A stretch of 60,469 bases of DNA, counting the filler. It is 4 parts of 4 records of this genome, joined end to end, with 100 filler letters (N's around TTAATTAATTAA, not from the genome) between each part and the next. Parts side by side here need not be neighbours in the genome. Positions count along the whole stretch, not along the records: positions 30,255 to 42,463 come from SRR20825019_277; positions 42,564 to 54,105 come from SRR20825019_279; 2 more parts are not named here. The stretch is one strand, 5' to 3'. The notes under the pieces were generated by a model. It saw nothing but the letters and a program-made list of their open reading frames with translations, searched no databases and was not told the origin of the DNA. The translations under genes were made by a program, and so were the position numbers. Position 1 is the stretch's first letter; each line of letters opens with the position of its first letter. Below, in pieces: positions 31,612 to 44,271 of the stretch.

Positions 31612-34600
31612 ATGGCGGCCGGGCGCGTGGGCGGTGCCTTGGCACTGCTCTGTGTCCTGGCCCTTGTGTGCGGCCAGGGCGAGGCCCCTGCAGAGCCGTC
31701 CCGCTTGCGAGCAGAGCTCTTGGCGGGGCGACACCGGGCTCCTGTGGTGAAGGATGACAACACCTACTGGAAGGACAAGTACGAAAGGCTCGCAGCGTTG
31801 TTCCGGAAACGGGTGGGGGAGGACCCAGAGGCCGTTGGGTCTAGCCGGCCGGCGGCGGGCTGGAGTGGGGTTGGGTTTGGGAAGTTCGGGGGCAGTCGCG
31901 TTGACTTGGAGGAAGTGAAAGAAGCACCTCCGCCTCCAACAGAGGAAATGCTTAGAGACCTCGAGGCACTGAATATCCGTACTCCGCATGAGCTTAATAA
32001 CGAGCGGATGCAGGCGCTGGTGGCCTCGCGGCCGGTGGGGTCGGTGGAACGCTTCCGGGCAGAGTATATGATGACGAGCTTCAAGTTTCTTTCTAATGAC
32101 GTTAAGGCGACGTTCAATATCACAAAGTGGTGAGTGTTTAACCGTTCTTGTGTAGCTATGACATGGCTTGAACTGGTACTAACGCGGGTGGCCGCAGGGA
32201 GCAGTACTTAATTAGAGAAGATGCGGTCCTCGCGGAGCTGCGAAGATACCTTATCAGCATCTCGGCGCTGGGAGAGGGAAGATGGATTGATCCTCCCACA
32301 TACACGTCGACTGGCCGCACGGCATGCCTCTACAGCGGTGTGCGGTGCTTTGACACCAGCCGGATGCGGTTTTTTAAGAAAAGGACACGCTCGAAATTCT
32401 ATGGCGTGTCGTCGGTATCGCTGACACCAAATGCACTGCCGGTGGGGTCGATGACTGGGGAGAGTGTGAACCACATTTTGATGCTCGTTGCGCGTCTGAA
32501 TAACTTGAGGTCGCTCAAGGTGGAGGGCCTGACGGCGGCGCGCCTGGAGCCTGCCCCATTCGCACGGATGAGACTGCACAAATTGACCATTGCGAACTGC
32601 CAGCATCTTAAGTCGATTCCAGAAGAGGAGTTCATGCGTTACAAGCATTTGCGGAAGCTACGTCTTAGCGATATTAGTGTGGATACATTGCGACCTGACC
32701 TGTTCAAGAACATGCCGCGGCTCCGGGTGGTTGTTTTTCATCAGCTCAAGATCACGTCAATGCCTCTGATTGCGCACCTGAACAGACTCGAGCGCTTGCT
32801 CATATCAGACCTGCAGCACCTTCGCGAGGTGCCATCGCTGAGAGGAAATAAGTCTTTGAAGGTCGTGGAAGTGACCTGGGCGCCGATCGAGCGCTTGTTT
32901 GATGGCATTGAGACCGTGTCAACCCTCACAGGGATTGATGTGAAGAGCACATTGCTTAAGTCACTTCCGGAAGATATCGGACAGCTCCAGAATCTCGAGG
33001 CGTTATTGCTTGCTAACAACAAGCTGGAGTCTATCCCGAAATCGCTGTACAAGCTTCCGGTGAAGAAGTAAGTAGAAAACCCCTTGTTTGGACGCTTCGT
33101 TGACCGTGTTTTGAAGGCTTTTTCTGAACGTGAACTCCCTTGAGTCGCTTCCGAAGGGTATCTCCGAGATGAAGAACCTCCGCATTCTCGCCCTTAATAA
33201 CAATAAGTGAGGCACCCGCCCCCGGCATATGTGTGCGTGATCTAACGACAACTGAAACAGGCTTGAAACGCTCCCTGAGGACCTGTGGGGCTGCCCATCA
33301 TTGCGGTCCATTTCAGCCGGCACCAACAGGCTGAGAGCACTTCCGGAAGCGGACCCAGCGAAGCACTTCAACGAGGTTCTGATATCCATTGACTTTGCGG
33401 ATAATGAACTCGAGGAGGTGCAGCCCATCCACGCGCGGGTGTGGCCTAGTATTGTGCAGATATCGTTAGGCAATAACCGTCTCCGGGGGCCGGTTGAATT
33501 TGTGGGCACTATGAGTCACTTGATGGACCTGCGCCTGTATGGCAACCCCATCGGTCATTTCGGCAAGAGCTGGAAGGGACTGAAGCTGACCCATCTGGAC
33601 TTGACGGAGTGTGGACTGACGAATGTTCCGGAATATATTGGGACGTACCGGTTCTTGAAGGTGATGCATCTTAAGCGAAACAAGATTACATCTCTTCCCT
33701 CGTCCATTGGTGATCTGCAAGCGTTGGAGGTAGCGACATGGCTTGCGATCATGATTCAATACTCACTGATGTCGCAGACTCTGTATGTGAATGACAACCA
33801 GCTTGAGGAACTGCCCGCCACCATGACCAAACTTCGGCGCCTGAAGGAAGTTCGCATGGAGAGAAACCGACTGAGAACATGGCCGGACCTCTCGGCGTCG
33901 CCCCTTCGCACACTCAACCTGAACCACAACCTGCTCAGGGAAGTCCCAGATTCCATAGCAAACTACGTGACGCTTTATTGGTTCAGCGCAGAGAACAATC
34001 AGGTCAGGCCGGATTCGTGATGGTGGTATATGTTGTGCGCTGACGCCGTGGCTGTACAGCTGGTGCGAGTATCGCCGGAGGTTGGAAAACTCCCAAACAT
34101 CCACATGATTTCGCTCAAGCAGAATCGCCTGAAGTCTTTGCCTAGCACAATGTCCAACCTTGTAAGGCTGCATAAGCTCGATGTCTCTTTCAACCAGATT
34201 GAGGAGCTCGGTTCCTTTGTCAATGGCCTGTCCGCCCTACGGGTTCTTCGGGCTGACCACAACAACATTGCACGCATCATGGTCCCGAGGTTTGAGATCG
34301 CGACGCTGAGGTCACTCGATCTCTCCTACAACAAGCTGACGGTATTGCCGGGCTGGAACAGCGGTGGCAACTTGCATACCGTGAATGTCGAATGGAACCA
34401 GCTGTATTCACTGCCGGACAGTAACGAATTCGGCAAACTCAAGTTCCTCTACGCTGCTCATAACCGCCTCGAGTCAATCCCTGATGCACTGCTGTATGGC
34501 TCACGGACTCTGACCAATAGTGTGGATGTGGATGTGAATAGCGAAGACGACCAGGGCATCGCGACTGTAGATTTATCATTTAACTTCATCAACCGGCTGC

Positions 34601-37146
34601 CGCCCCGCCGCAATCGTTTCATGCGTTTTAGCTCGATGTCTCTGGTGGGAAATCCATTGGATCATGTCGCTTCGGCCTTTACAATACCTGACGGCGGTAT
34701 TGTTGAGTTTGATTCGTCATTCGCGCTTGGCCGGCTAAGGCAGGCGACCGCAGGAAATGAGAACGACTCCAAAATTAATACCAACCTGGAGTCTACATAC
34801 GCCGTTCTGAATGTTCCGGCTGATGATCTGCGGCGGGTGTTTGGCCGCATGTTGCGACACGATGAGGGATGGGCGACGCCCGCTCAGCGGTCAGTAGCGA
34901 CGAGCCAGGGACTCGCTGGAGATGATAGCGGGATCACGGTAGAGAAAAAGACCTCACCGCAGCTTGAGACCATGACGACAGAGTGCTGGCGGGAAACCCT
35001 GAGGGCTGCTGATCGGAGGTTGACGATACGGAAGTGTGCGTGCGCCCCCGGAATGTATTTCACGCCTGCGGAGGCTTTGCATCTCATGGAGTGGATGCCG
35101 GTCACCGAGCTCAGTGACCATTGCGCCGCCTGCCCCTCTGCTGGGACGTGCAAGCGGGGCGAGGTGCATTGTGACGCCGGATCGTACCTCAAGTGGGGAT
35201 CAGAGAGTGGAAGTTCTGAATCCGACCCCGCAGATCAGGGGCGGGAGGGCATCCTTATTACTGGAGACGGTGGAACCAAAGAATTAGAAGGACAGGGACA
35301 GGAATCGGAAAGCCAAGTACGCCGTGCGGGTCGCCTGGCCTCGTGGTAAGTTCGCGTGATGTTGGTGAACGCTGTGGCGTGCTGAGCGGTGTTCACAGCG
35401 GGCAATGCCCCACCGGTGCCAAATGTGTGGACAAGTCTGTAACACCGATGAAGGGTTACTGGCGCTCGGACAGGTTTCCTGCGGTAGTATACGAGTGTGA
35501 GACCCCGGCAGCATGCGAGGGTGGGGAGGAGTCCACCTGTCGCACTGGGCATTCCGGGTCCCTCTGCAGCATCTGGTAAGCAACGGATCGATACTCCTTT
35601 TCTGGTGTGATGGCACTGACGACTGCTGCAGCGATCCCGGGTATTTCAAGTCTGCAAACGGCGTTTGCCAGGCGTGTGGATCGCGCGTGTCCTCGATATT
35701 CTATATCGGGTTTGTGGTTCTGGGTGCCGCAGGACTTTTGTCTATTCTGGTCTTCCTTGGAGACGGTATGGTCCGGCAGCTGGCGATGAAAAAGTCTGTT
35801 GAATCGCTTCCGACGGCGGGAGGCATGAACGCGGGTGGCGCCTTGTCTGTGATCCCTATGGACGAGCTTGCCGCGGCCATGTGCCGCATAGTAATTTCAT
35901 TTACTCAGGTGATAATTCCGCCGTTGTATAGCAGTTACTCTAGTTTCTGACGCTCAATTGACCACTAGGTGATCGCCCTGCTCCCACGCATCTACTCTGT
36001 GGACTTCGGCTCGTGGCTGCAATACGTCACGTCGCTGTTCTCGTTTCTGTCGTTGGACATCCTCTCCCCCTCCTCGTTCGAGTGTGCGCTGGAGTCTGAG
36101 ACCAACCAGCTGGATTACTTCATGTCAACCGTTGTGTACGGCGTGGTCCCCATCGCCGTGGCACTGGTGGGCATTGCGGTGTACCTGGTCTTCATCGTGA
36201 TGAGGAAGGCCATTGCACCCAAGGCGGGTGTGCAGCCGTCGTTTTTATCTGCGTTCTTGTGCAAGGTAGGCGTCGTTGCTGGACAAGGGCGGGCGACTCG
36301 TTGGGGGCGGCTGGCTGGTCAGGAAGTTGCGTGCTGACCCATTGCCTTCAGGCCGTTGTTCTCTGCTGGTTGTTTTCCTACCTTCCCATCGCGTTGACAA
36401 TGATGGAGTTTTTCACCTGCCGCACGTTCGACGGCGGCGAGACGTACTGGATCACTGCGGATGTTGCCACGTAAGTGTCATGGTGATGTGCCGGCCCCAA
36501 ACACGTTTCTCACACAACGGCCTGCAGCGAATGCTATTCCGAGACATGGTACGCCATGGTGCCGTTTGTCGTATTTGTAGTGGTATACTTCATTCTCGGC
36601 CTGCCGCTAATGATCTTCTTCCTGATGTTCCCGTGGCCACGGCACCTGGGCTCGGAGTGGATGAACCATCTCAGAGAGCGAATGGACCGAAGCCCATTGT
36701 GCATCCTTTTCAGGCGAATGTTCGCGCTGTACAGGACCAAGTACCAGTGGTGGGAAGCAGTGGAGATGCTTCGCAAGCTTCTTATAACGGCGGCAGCGCT
36801 CCACTTTGCGGGGGTCCCGACCGTGCGTGTCCTTGTGTCCATCCTCATTTCGTTCGGGGCCGTGGTGGCACAAATTTCCTTCCGCCCTTACCAACACCGT
36901 GTCCTGAATTTCCTTCAGTCGATTCAGCTTATCTTGCTGTACCTCACGCTATCGCTGGGGATATTGAAGTCGATACGACTGGAAGGGACGGCGAGGACCG
37001 CTTTGATGGGGGTGGTGGTGGTGTGTGACGTCGTGTTCATCTTCGGCCTCCTCTTTTCTGTGGGCGTCTACCTTGTGTACCAGGTATGCAATCAGTTCAC
37101 AGCAAGAAGAATGCGGGCCCTTGCGCGTGTCATGACGAGGCGTTGA
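31612..37146 (+). CDS. Eukaryotic LRR-ectodomain, Cys-rich, multi-pass membrane protein (TRP_C/FLC-like C-terminus), ~1648 aa, 11 exons
   Basis: Manual splicing gives a continuous frame with GT-AG introns 32130-32197, 33068-33116, 33207-33260, 33730-33777, 34003-34059, 35346-35398, 35576-35631, 35909-35968, 36266-36351, 36471-36527; signal peptide, ~28 LRRs, GYWR...C...GH.G.LC..C.PGYF module, ~9 TM segments. Confidence 0.85.
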
Positions 37147-37294
37147 TGCCGTCATGTGTTTCTATTTATAAATCAGACCAAGACTACCACCAGCGTTACT
37201 TGGAACAGTCTTTACTTTGTGGTAGCGACAGGGCCACGAGAGCCGATTCGGAGCCATGACAACAGGCCAGAGAGGAGGGTGCGGGAGGGGCAGT

Positions 37295-40200
37295 CTATGA
37301 CTTCATCTTGGACATGAATGCACCCAGGTCGTATTCCTCCTTATACTGGTCCTCATCCCACAACTCTTCCAGATTGTTCAAGACCGCATTCAGACTGCAA
37401 AAGAGACTCTTAATATTCCGCATGACCATCCAAAGCTGGAACCTACCCTGTCTTTTTATCGCCCTTTTTGTTGACGGAGCCCGTGGCGTCCACCGCATCC
37501 TTTCCGTCAGCAGTGGCATCTCCAGTGGCCTGCTGAGCGTTGTCAACCTCAAACAGATCCAGCAAGTCACTGGTGTCCATGCTTCGAATGTTGGAGTTCT
37601 TCTCGTTAACGACGGTGTTCGCGATGTTGACCTTAAACTTTTGAAGTCCCATAACTTTTTCCTCGAGGGTGGAGCGGGTGATGAGCCGGTACACATTCAC
37701 GGTCCGCTTCTGACCGATGCGATGGGCTCTGTCCATGGCCTGCAGATCCTTCATGGGATTCCAGTCATGCTCCATAAATATGACCGTGTCGGCGCCCGTC
37801 AAGTTGAGACCCAATCCTCCGACCTGAAGCCACGATGTTAGTACACACATATATATAGAGGAACGAAGGCGATTCCCAATGTCGTACCGATGTTGTCAGA
37901 AGCAGCACATCTATAGTTGGATCGGCATTGAATTCCTGCACGATATCAAACCGCTTGCTGACCTCTACACTTCCATCCAGTCTGCGCCACGTGACCGACG
38001 GCATCGACTTCTTAAAGTCTTTTTCAATCATGTCCACCATGGACTTGAGCTGGCAGAACACCAGCACCCGGTGGTTCGTCGCAACATCATCCACCTCCTC
38101 ACCCTTGGCCTCCTGCTTAACGCCGATGCCACAGTCCATCAGCAGCTCCCGCAGAGCAGTGAGCTTGGGGGCGGCGAAGTGGTCAGCTCGGGGATGAGAC
38201 TTTTCGACAGTCCGGATAATGGCCTATGTGAAAGGTCAGTACCAAACAGCACCAGCACCCGAGGTGGTCTCACATCATAGCGCGGATGCGACTTGTCAAA
38301 GACGAGCGCCGGGTGCGAACACAGCTTGCGGAGATACTGTAGCGCCTGGAAGACATGCGTGGCCCCCGCCTTACCACCTCCGTCCTCATCGACCCGTGTC
38401 GCCGCGTCCTCCAGCTCCTGCGCCTGCTGACGGCCGAAGTCTTGGTACAAGGCCATCTGGAGCGGGCTTAGGTCACAGTAGTAGTCCTGGATGATCTTGG
38501 GAGGGAGGTCGTGGAGGACCTCCTCCTTCGTCCTCCGCAGCACGAACGGAAGGACCTGGCGGTGCAGGCTTTCCAGCGCCACCACGCCGGCCTCCTGGTC
38601 CTTCACCGACGCCTTGCCATCTCGGCTTGCCATCACAGGCTTGCTGTACATATCATTGAACTGCAAAAACATCAGTCCCGGAAATTCTATCACGCCCTGG
38701 TGCTGGGCCCTCACCTGCTGCTCTGTGCCAAGGAAACCGGGCATGAGGAAATCGAACAAGGACCACAGCTCCAAAACCGAGTTCTGAATTGGAGTCCCGC
38801 TGAGAAGCAGGCGTCGTTTCGACGTCAGGCTCTTCACCGCCTTGGACCTCTCGCTCTTGGCATTCTTGATTACGTGCCCCTCGTCCAGAACCACGAAATT
38901 CCACGGTTGCTCCTATTCCGGAAGGTCAGAACCGCTGCGCTCCGGCCGCAATCTCGTCCGCTTACCCTAAAGTGAGCAACATCGTTCTTGAGAATATCGT
39001 AAGAAGTGATGACAATGTCGGTCTTGGCGAAGCGGGCACGCAACTTCCCCCGCTCATTCTGGGATCCCGAGTATACTATGGTCGTTACCGGATCAACGCA
39101 GAACTTCCTGATCTCATGATCCCAATGCGCGACCTGGCGAGAAACGATTAAGCGGCGCAGGAATGCAAGTGCGTGGACCCAGATACTGACCACTGTGGGG
39201 GGGGCAAGAACGAGAGAGGGAATCGGGGCATGCTCCCGGAGCTGGCTCTCCGCAAAGGCCCGGCGGCGCTCAAAGAGATCACTCGCCAAAATGCATATGG
39301 TCTGCAGGGTCTTGCCGAGACCCATATCATCGGCGAGGATTCCGTGCAAATTGAACTTGCGCAGGAATGCCAGCCAGGACACCTGGAGAGAGAGGGACGG
39401 TAAGGTCGCGACGGCAGAGTGGGATGGGGTGGGGTGAGACTCACGCCGTCCTTCTGATATTGACGGAGGTCGGCGTTGAGACGGACCGGAATCTCAAACT
39501 GGTCCACCTTGGAGCCATCAAGCAGCTGCTCCAGGAAATGGCGCTCCGTTGCCTTGGCCTCCCTGGTCGCCTCGTTCATTCCCGGAGGGTCCGGCACCGT
39601 CGCCTCCAGCGGCAGGATGCGGACAATAGACGCGAACGATCGGGCCACCTGAGAGCAGAGACATGAGACACACCTTTCTCGCCCGCAAATGACCGTACCT
39701 TGTCACGAATCGGCTTGCAGCCATCACTCATGCGGCCCAGGAGGGGCGCCACCAGGAATATCACGTAGGGCAGGACATCGATGCTAAGACTGGCGACGAT
39801 GTTGAACAAGGCATCCACCGCGCCCTGCCGGTTCACCTCCGAGTCGCTCTCGTTGAGGCGGGGGACGAGCACGTCAATGGATCTCATCATCACGGCGTGG
39901 GTATGAACCTTGGCATAAGCGGAGAGCGTGCAGGCAGCGCGCTCCCGGACCTGCAATGACTCCTAAGCATGACTACAGAACTTCAAGAACGCTACACCCA
40001 CCGCGGCTGTTGGCGATTGGAGGGCTGCCATGATGCCGTCCAAGAGCACCAGGCAGTGTTCCAGCAGCTGTTCGGTCATTGCAGGCAGAAGCACCTCCAG
40101 AAGCCTTAGAGACTCCAAAATGGTTTGCGCTGTTAGACCAGTCATCAGCAACATCGCACCCCGTTTGACTCAGGCAACCCTTACCGCTTGCCGTATCGAC

Positions 40201-42260
40201 GCCAGCAGCTTTCCACGTGAAGTTTCCTGGTGGTTTGAATGACGCCGCCAGGTCACGTAACTGGACGAGTGGACCCGAGACGATCTCCCACAACCGCGGG
40301 AAAGACTGCATCAGCTGGTGCCCGAGCGCGTGGGCCACGGCGACCAAGGCGGCCTCGCCACCCTTGCGTTTCACAGTGGCATCATCGTCCTCTTCTAATA
40401 ACGACACGGGTTCAGCGCAGGGCTCCTCTGCCCACTAAGCAATACTTACCGGCCTCTCCATCCGTCGTCAAGTCAGGCACCACGACCCGGTCCGCGCAGG
40501 CAAACTTGCACAGATTCTTCGCCAGGATGTCATTGCTCTTTCTCCCCACGCACTGCACACATCCCATCAGCCGCGTTCCCATCCCCGCCGCTAGAGCTCA
40601 CCTGGCGCACAAGCTCTCCAATCGCCGCTCCGAATCGCTTCTGCATCCCTGGATCGCTATCCGCCTTCACCTCATTCATCAGCGACTTGATCACCGGGTT
40701 GAGGCTCGGAGGCAACCGGCCGGACTGGACAATCGCGGCGGCCGCGGCGGCATTGGCACGCAGGCCCAGTGTCTCCTGGTGGCTGACATAAAGGCCCACG
40801 GTGGTGAGTAGGCGCTTGCGTGAGGCCTCCAAGCGTTGGAAGTCCTTGTCCTCCAGGCTGTTGCCTTCCATCACCCCGTCGTATATGGCAGTGCACAGCG
40901 AGTGGGCGGACTCGAGTGTGACCTCGGACGCGACGACCGCGCTAGCGGCTGCGATGCGGTCGCGGGCCAGGGCGGAGGTGGCCTCCAGGTCCATCACCAA
41001 CGCCTTGGACTCGCCCTGCATCCCCTTCCGGATCGCAACCATCTCAGCGTACGCCTGTGCAGACGTGAGGCGGTGAGACACCATCAAAAAAGGCTTTCGG
41101 CATTGTGAATGTTACCTCAAGGTCACGAGAACCCGTGACCACAGCAAGCAGGTCTTCGTGCAGCTGATCAGACAGCCCGGCCGGGGATCCTGGTCATAGA
41201 AATCAGGCCGCCACCACTCCAAAAGCACACCGCCGCTCACCTCCAGCCTGCTCAGCCCATGAGCGCACAGCCAGCGCCGCGACACAACGCGATGTGCCAT
41301 GGTCGCCGGCCAGTGCAGGGCGGAAGTGTTCCGCCTCCAGGTTCGACTTGGTGCCGTCATCCAGGGCCATGACAAGCTGACCAAGCATGTCAGCCCCATC
41401 GAGTTGAATCAGTGTGGAGCCAGCCGCGTCCTCAAGCTACAACAGCGAATTAGCCCACCCCCTAGCCTCTTCATCCCACCGGGGCCTCACCCCATATACA
41501 CCGCCCGCCCGCTTGCGCCTCGACTTGGTTTTGGCGTCGTCGGTGTTCGTTGCCGATGGTGCCCGGACTATCAGGACACTGCTGGTGTTCTGGAAAGGAC
41601 GAGGATTAAGACATCAGAAATCAATCGGAAGGCAGCCTGCCTACCATCGGCCTGCCATTGGGCGTCGCAGCCATGGCCATCCAATCGCCGAAGTGTGGCA
41701 AAACAGCCTCTGTGAGCACCCCCCGCGGCACCACGGACAAGACACGCCGCCACAGTGACTGCGTCAGGGCACGGATGTCTCCCTTGTCCTCCAGCAGAAT
41801 GTTCTGGAATACGAGGCGGGTGATGTCGGAGACGAGCGCCGGGGTGAGCCAGCTCTGCGCACCACTGCCCACCAGGATGTGGTCGAGGGTGACCAGTACG
41901 GAACGCCGCACGGATACCATGCTGTGCCGGAAGAATTGCCATAGCCGCGTGATGAAGTAGGTCAGCGGATGATCCGATATCTGTGTGGCCGCAAGGACGG
42001 ACGCGCCGTCCCCGCCGAGCACCCGTGCCACAGCAATATTGGACATGGAAGCCAGCTCCTTGTAAGAATACATCATGCCCAGCAGATTCATGATACTGGC
42101 CGTGGACGAGGCCAGGTCGTCCAAGTCAAGCATCGTATCCCACAGTGTCGAGAGAAGAGACGGCAGCTGGGCCGCGCTGTGCGTGAGGAGGAAGGGCACC
42201 GCTGGAATGATAGTGTCAGCAGCACACCCGCGGACGTCATCGTCCTTGTCTGAAAGGCAC
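37295..42260 (-). CDS. MOT1: TBP-associated SNF2 ATPase MOT1/BTAF1, 5'-truncated, intron-rich
   Basis: DDDVR HEAT motif, HGILADDMGLGKTLQT, VLDEGH, LSGTPIQN, LPPKIIQDYYC, HRVLVFCQ, GGLGLNLTGAD, DWNPMKDLQAMDRAHRIGQ, ELWDEDQYKEEYDL; 16 complete GT-AG introns traced (e.g. 37395-37446, 37824-37887, 38224-38273, 38661-38714). Confidence 0.93.
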
Positions 42261-42463
42261 CTGGGACAGATGTGAGCAACAGGCCGCGTGGATGTGTGGG
42301 AGAAGAGGGCGCGTGAAGTGTGAGCAGGAAACCAGGAGGAGCTAAGGCACGGTACGAGTTCCCCATGCCATGCCTGGAGTCAGGGCTGGGAGATAGCGCT
42401 GCTCATTGCGGGCTTGTGTGGAAAGGAAGAGGATTTGGGGGGAGGGGGGGGGGGGGGGGGGGG

Positions 42464-42563
42464 NNNNNNNNNNNNNNNNNNNNNNNNNNNNNNNNNNNNN
42501 NNNNNNNTTAATTAATTAANNNNNNNNNNNNNNNNNNNNNNNNNNNNNNNNNNNNNNNNNNNN
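42464..42563. other. Artificial contig spacer
   Basis: 44 N + TTAATTAATTAA + 44 N. Confidence 0.98.
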
Positions 42564-42951
42564 CTATGAGTGGAATACCTTCCTCGGCAAGGTTAACCCC
42601 GGTCTTGAAGGCAAGGCAGACATGGCTGAAATGGCATGGATGACCAACGACCCGGACACCCTGCCCTTCCTGGCGTTGAGAACAGATGCCTTCCCGGAAA
42701 ACGGCGGCTTCAACTCCGGTTACTACTCCAACCCCGAAGTCGACAAATTGCTTGAGGAAGCCCGCACAGCCACAGATCAGGAAAAGCGTGCCGAGCTATA
42801 CAGACAAATGCAGGCAATTGTGCATGATGATGCGCCTTGGGTTTTCGTTGCCAACTGGAAGCAGAATGCTGTGACCAAGGCCGGTGTTGAAAACTTCAAG
42901 CTTCAGCCGTCCTTCTTCCTGCAACTGCAAAATGTTGCAAAGCCGAACTGA
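42564..42951 (+). CDS. ABC transporter substrate-binding protein (family 5, peptide/nickel type), C-terminal fragment
   Basis: Frame open from contig start; NSGYYSNPEVDKLL...RAELYRQMQ...DAPWVF typical SBP5 C-terminus. Confidence 0.88.
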
Positions 42952-42960
42952 TATCTGCGA

Positions 42961-43323
42961 ATGGCAGACCCGCACGACAAAATCCGGCAGATCTGTCTTG
43001 ATCTGCCGGAGACCTTCGAACAGGAGGCCTGGGGCGACCCCACATTCAGGGTTCGCAACAAAATCTTCTGCATGGTGAAACAGGGCGACGGTCGGCTTTC
43101 AGCGTGGGTCAAAGCCCCGCAGGGCATGCAGTCGGTGCTGATTGATGCGGTCCCTGAACGCTTTTTTCGCCCGCCTTATGTCGGCCACAAGGGCTGGGTC
43201 GGCATAAGACTTGATGATGCGCCCGACTGGGCAGAAGTCGGTGTGCACGTGCACCGGAGCTATGATCTGATCGCGCCTGAAAAGCTCCGCGGGCAGAAAG
43301 ACGATCCTGACAAGCGAGGGTAA
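42961..43323 (+). CDS. MmcQ/YjbR family protein
   Basis: ICLDLPET, PTFRVRNKIF, FFRPPYVGHKGWVGIRLD, SYDLIAP. Confidence 0.85.
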   Translation: MADPHDKIRQICLDLPETFEQEAWGDPTFRVRNKIFCMVKQGDGRLSAWVKAPQGMQSVLIDAVPERFFRPPYVGHKGWVGIRLDDAPDWAEVGVHVHRSYDLIAPEKLRGQKDDPDKRG

Positions 43324-43326
43324 CCC

Positions 43327-44271
43327 ATGGCACGCTATATCCTGCGGCGGCTTCTAACCGTCATACCGGTGCTTTTTGGCCTGACGATCATCGTCTTTCT
43401 GATTATGGCGATGATCCCCGGCGACCCGGCGACCGCTATTCTGGGTGCCTATGCGACGCCGGAAAATGTTGAGCGTATCAATCGTGCGCTGGGCCTCGAC
43501 AAGCCTTTGTTCCAGCAATACTTCATCTGGCTCGGCAATATTCTTCAAGGCGATTTCGGCCGCTCCTATACCCAGAACCGGCCTGTCATAGACATCATTT
43601 CCGAACGTTTTGGCAATACGCTGATTCTCGCCGGCACCTCACTGGTTCTCTGTTCCATCCTTGGTCTTCTGGCGGGCATCATCTCGGCTGTGCGCCAGTA
43701 TGGACTGACGGACAAGCTGGTCACTTTTTTTGTTCTGATCGGAATATCGATTCCTTCGTTCTGGCTGGGTCTGCTTCTGATTCTCGTTTTCGCCGTCGAT
43801 TTGAAATGGTTTCCGGCCAGCGGCATGTACGCCATTTATGGCGGCGGCGGACCAATGGACCTGCTGCGCCATCTTGTTCTGCCCGCTTTCACCCTAGCCG
43901 TGGTGGCAACTGGTGTCATTGCCCGGCTGACCCGCACTTCCATGCTTGAAGTGATGCGACAGGATTATATCCGCACCGCCCGTGCCAAGGGGCTTAAAGA
44001 ACGCCGCGTTATCATGCGCCATGCGTTCAAGGCAGCCCTTGTCTCCGTCATTCCGGTGCTCGGCATTCAGGCCGGTTTTGTGCTGGGCGGTGCTGTGTAC
44101 ATCGAAACCGTGTTCCAGTGGCCCGGCATCGGCTCGATGCTTGTCACCGCCATTTCCACACGCGACCTGCTTGTCGTGCAGGGCGGCGTTCTAGTGGTGG
44201 CTGCTGCTTATGTTCTCTTCAATCTGGCCGCTGACGTGGTTCAGACCATGATCGATCCGAGGTTACGCTGA
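43327..44271 (+). CDS. Peptide/nickel ABC permease (DppB-like)
   Basis: PGDPA, GDFGRS, SIPSFWLG, EAA loop DYIRTARAKGL, ETVFQWPGIG. Confidence 0.93.
   Translation: MARYILRRLLTVIPVLFGLTIIVFLIMAMIPGDPATAILGAYATPENVERINRALGLDKPLFQQYFIWLGNILQGDFGRSYTQNRPVIDIISERFGNTLILAGTSLVLCSILGLLAGIISAVRQYGLTDKLVTFFVLIGISIPSFWLGLLLILVFAVDLKWFPASGMYAIYGGGGPMDLLRHLVLPAFTLAVVATGVIARLTRTSMLEVMRQDYIRTARAKGLKERRVIMRHAFKAALVSVIPVLGIQAGFVLGGAVYIETVFQWPGIGSMLVTAISTRDLLVVQGGVLVVAAAYVLFNLAADVVQTMIDPRLR

Noticed and set aside
30639-31763. Long Pro/Gly/Arg-rich ORFs (30639-31763 minus; N-terminal 155 aa of 31147-32133 plus)
   Set aside because: By-product of a very GC-rich stretch with few stops; TATA box, Kozak ATG and signal peptide place the real start at 31612
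42437-42463. Poly-G run at the end of the eukaryotic contig as telomere or G-quadruplex element
   Set aside because: A homopolymer at a contig end is most simply an assembly break or sequencing artefact
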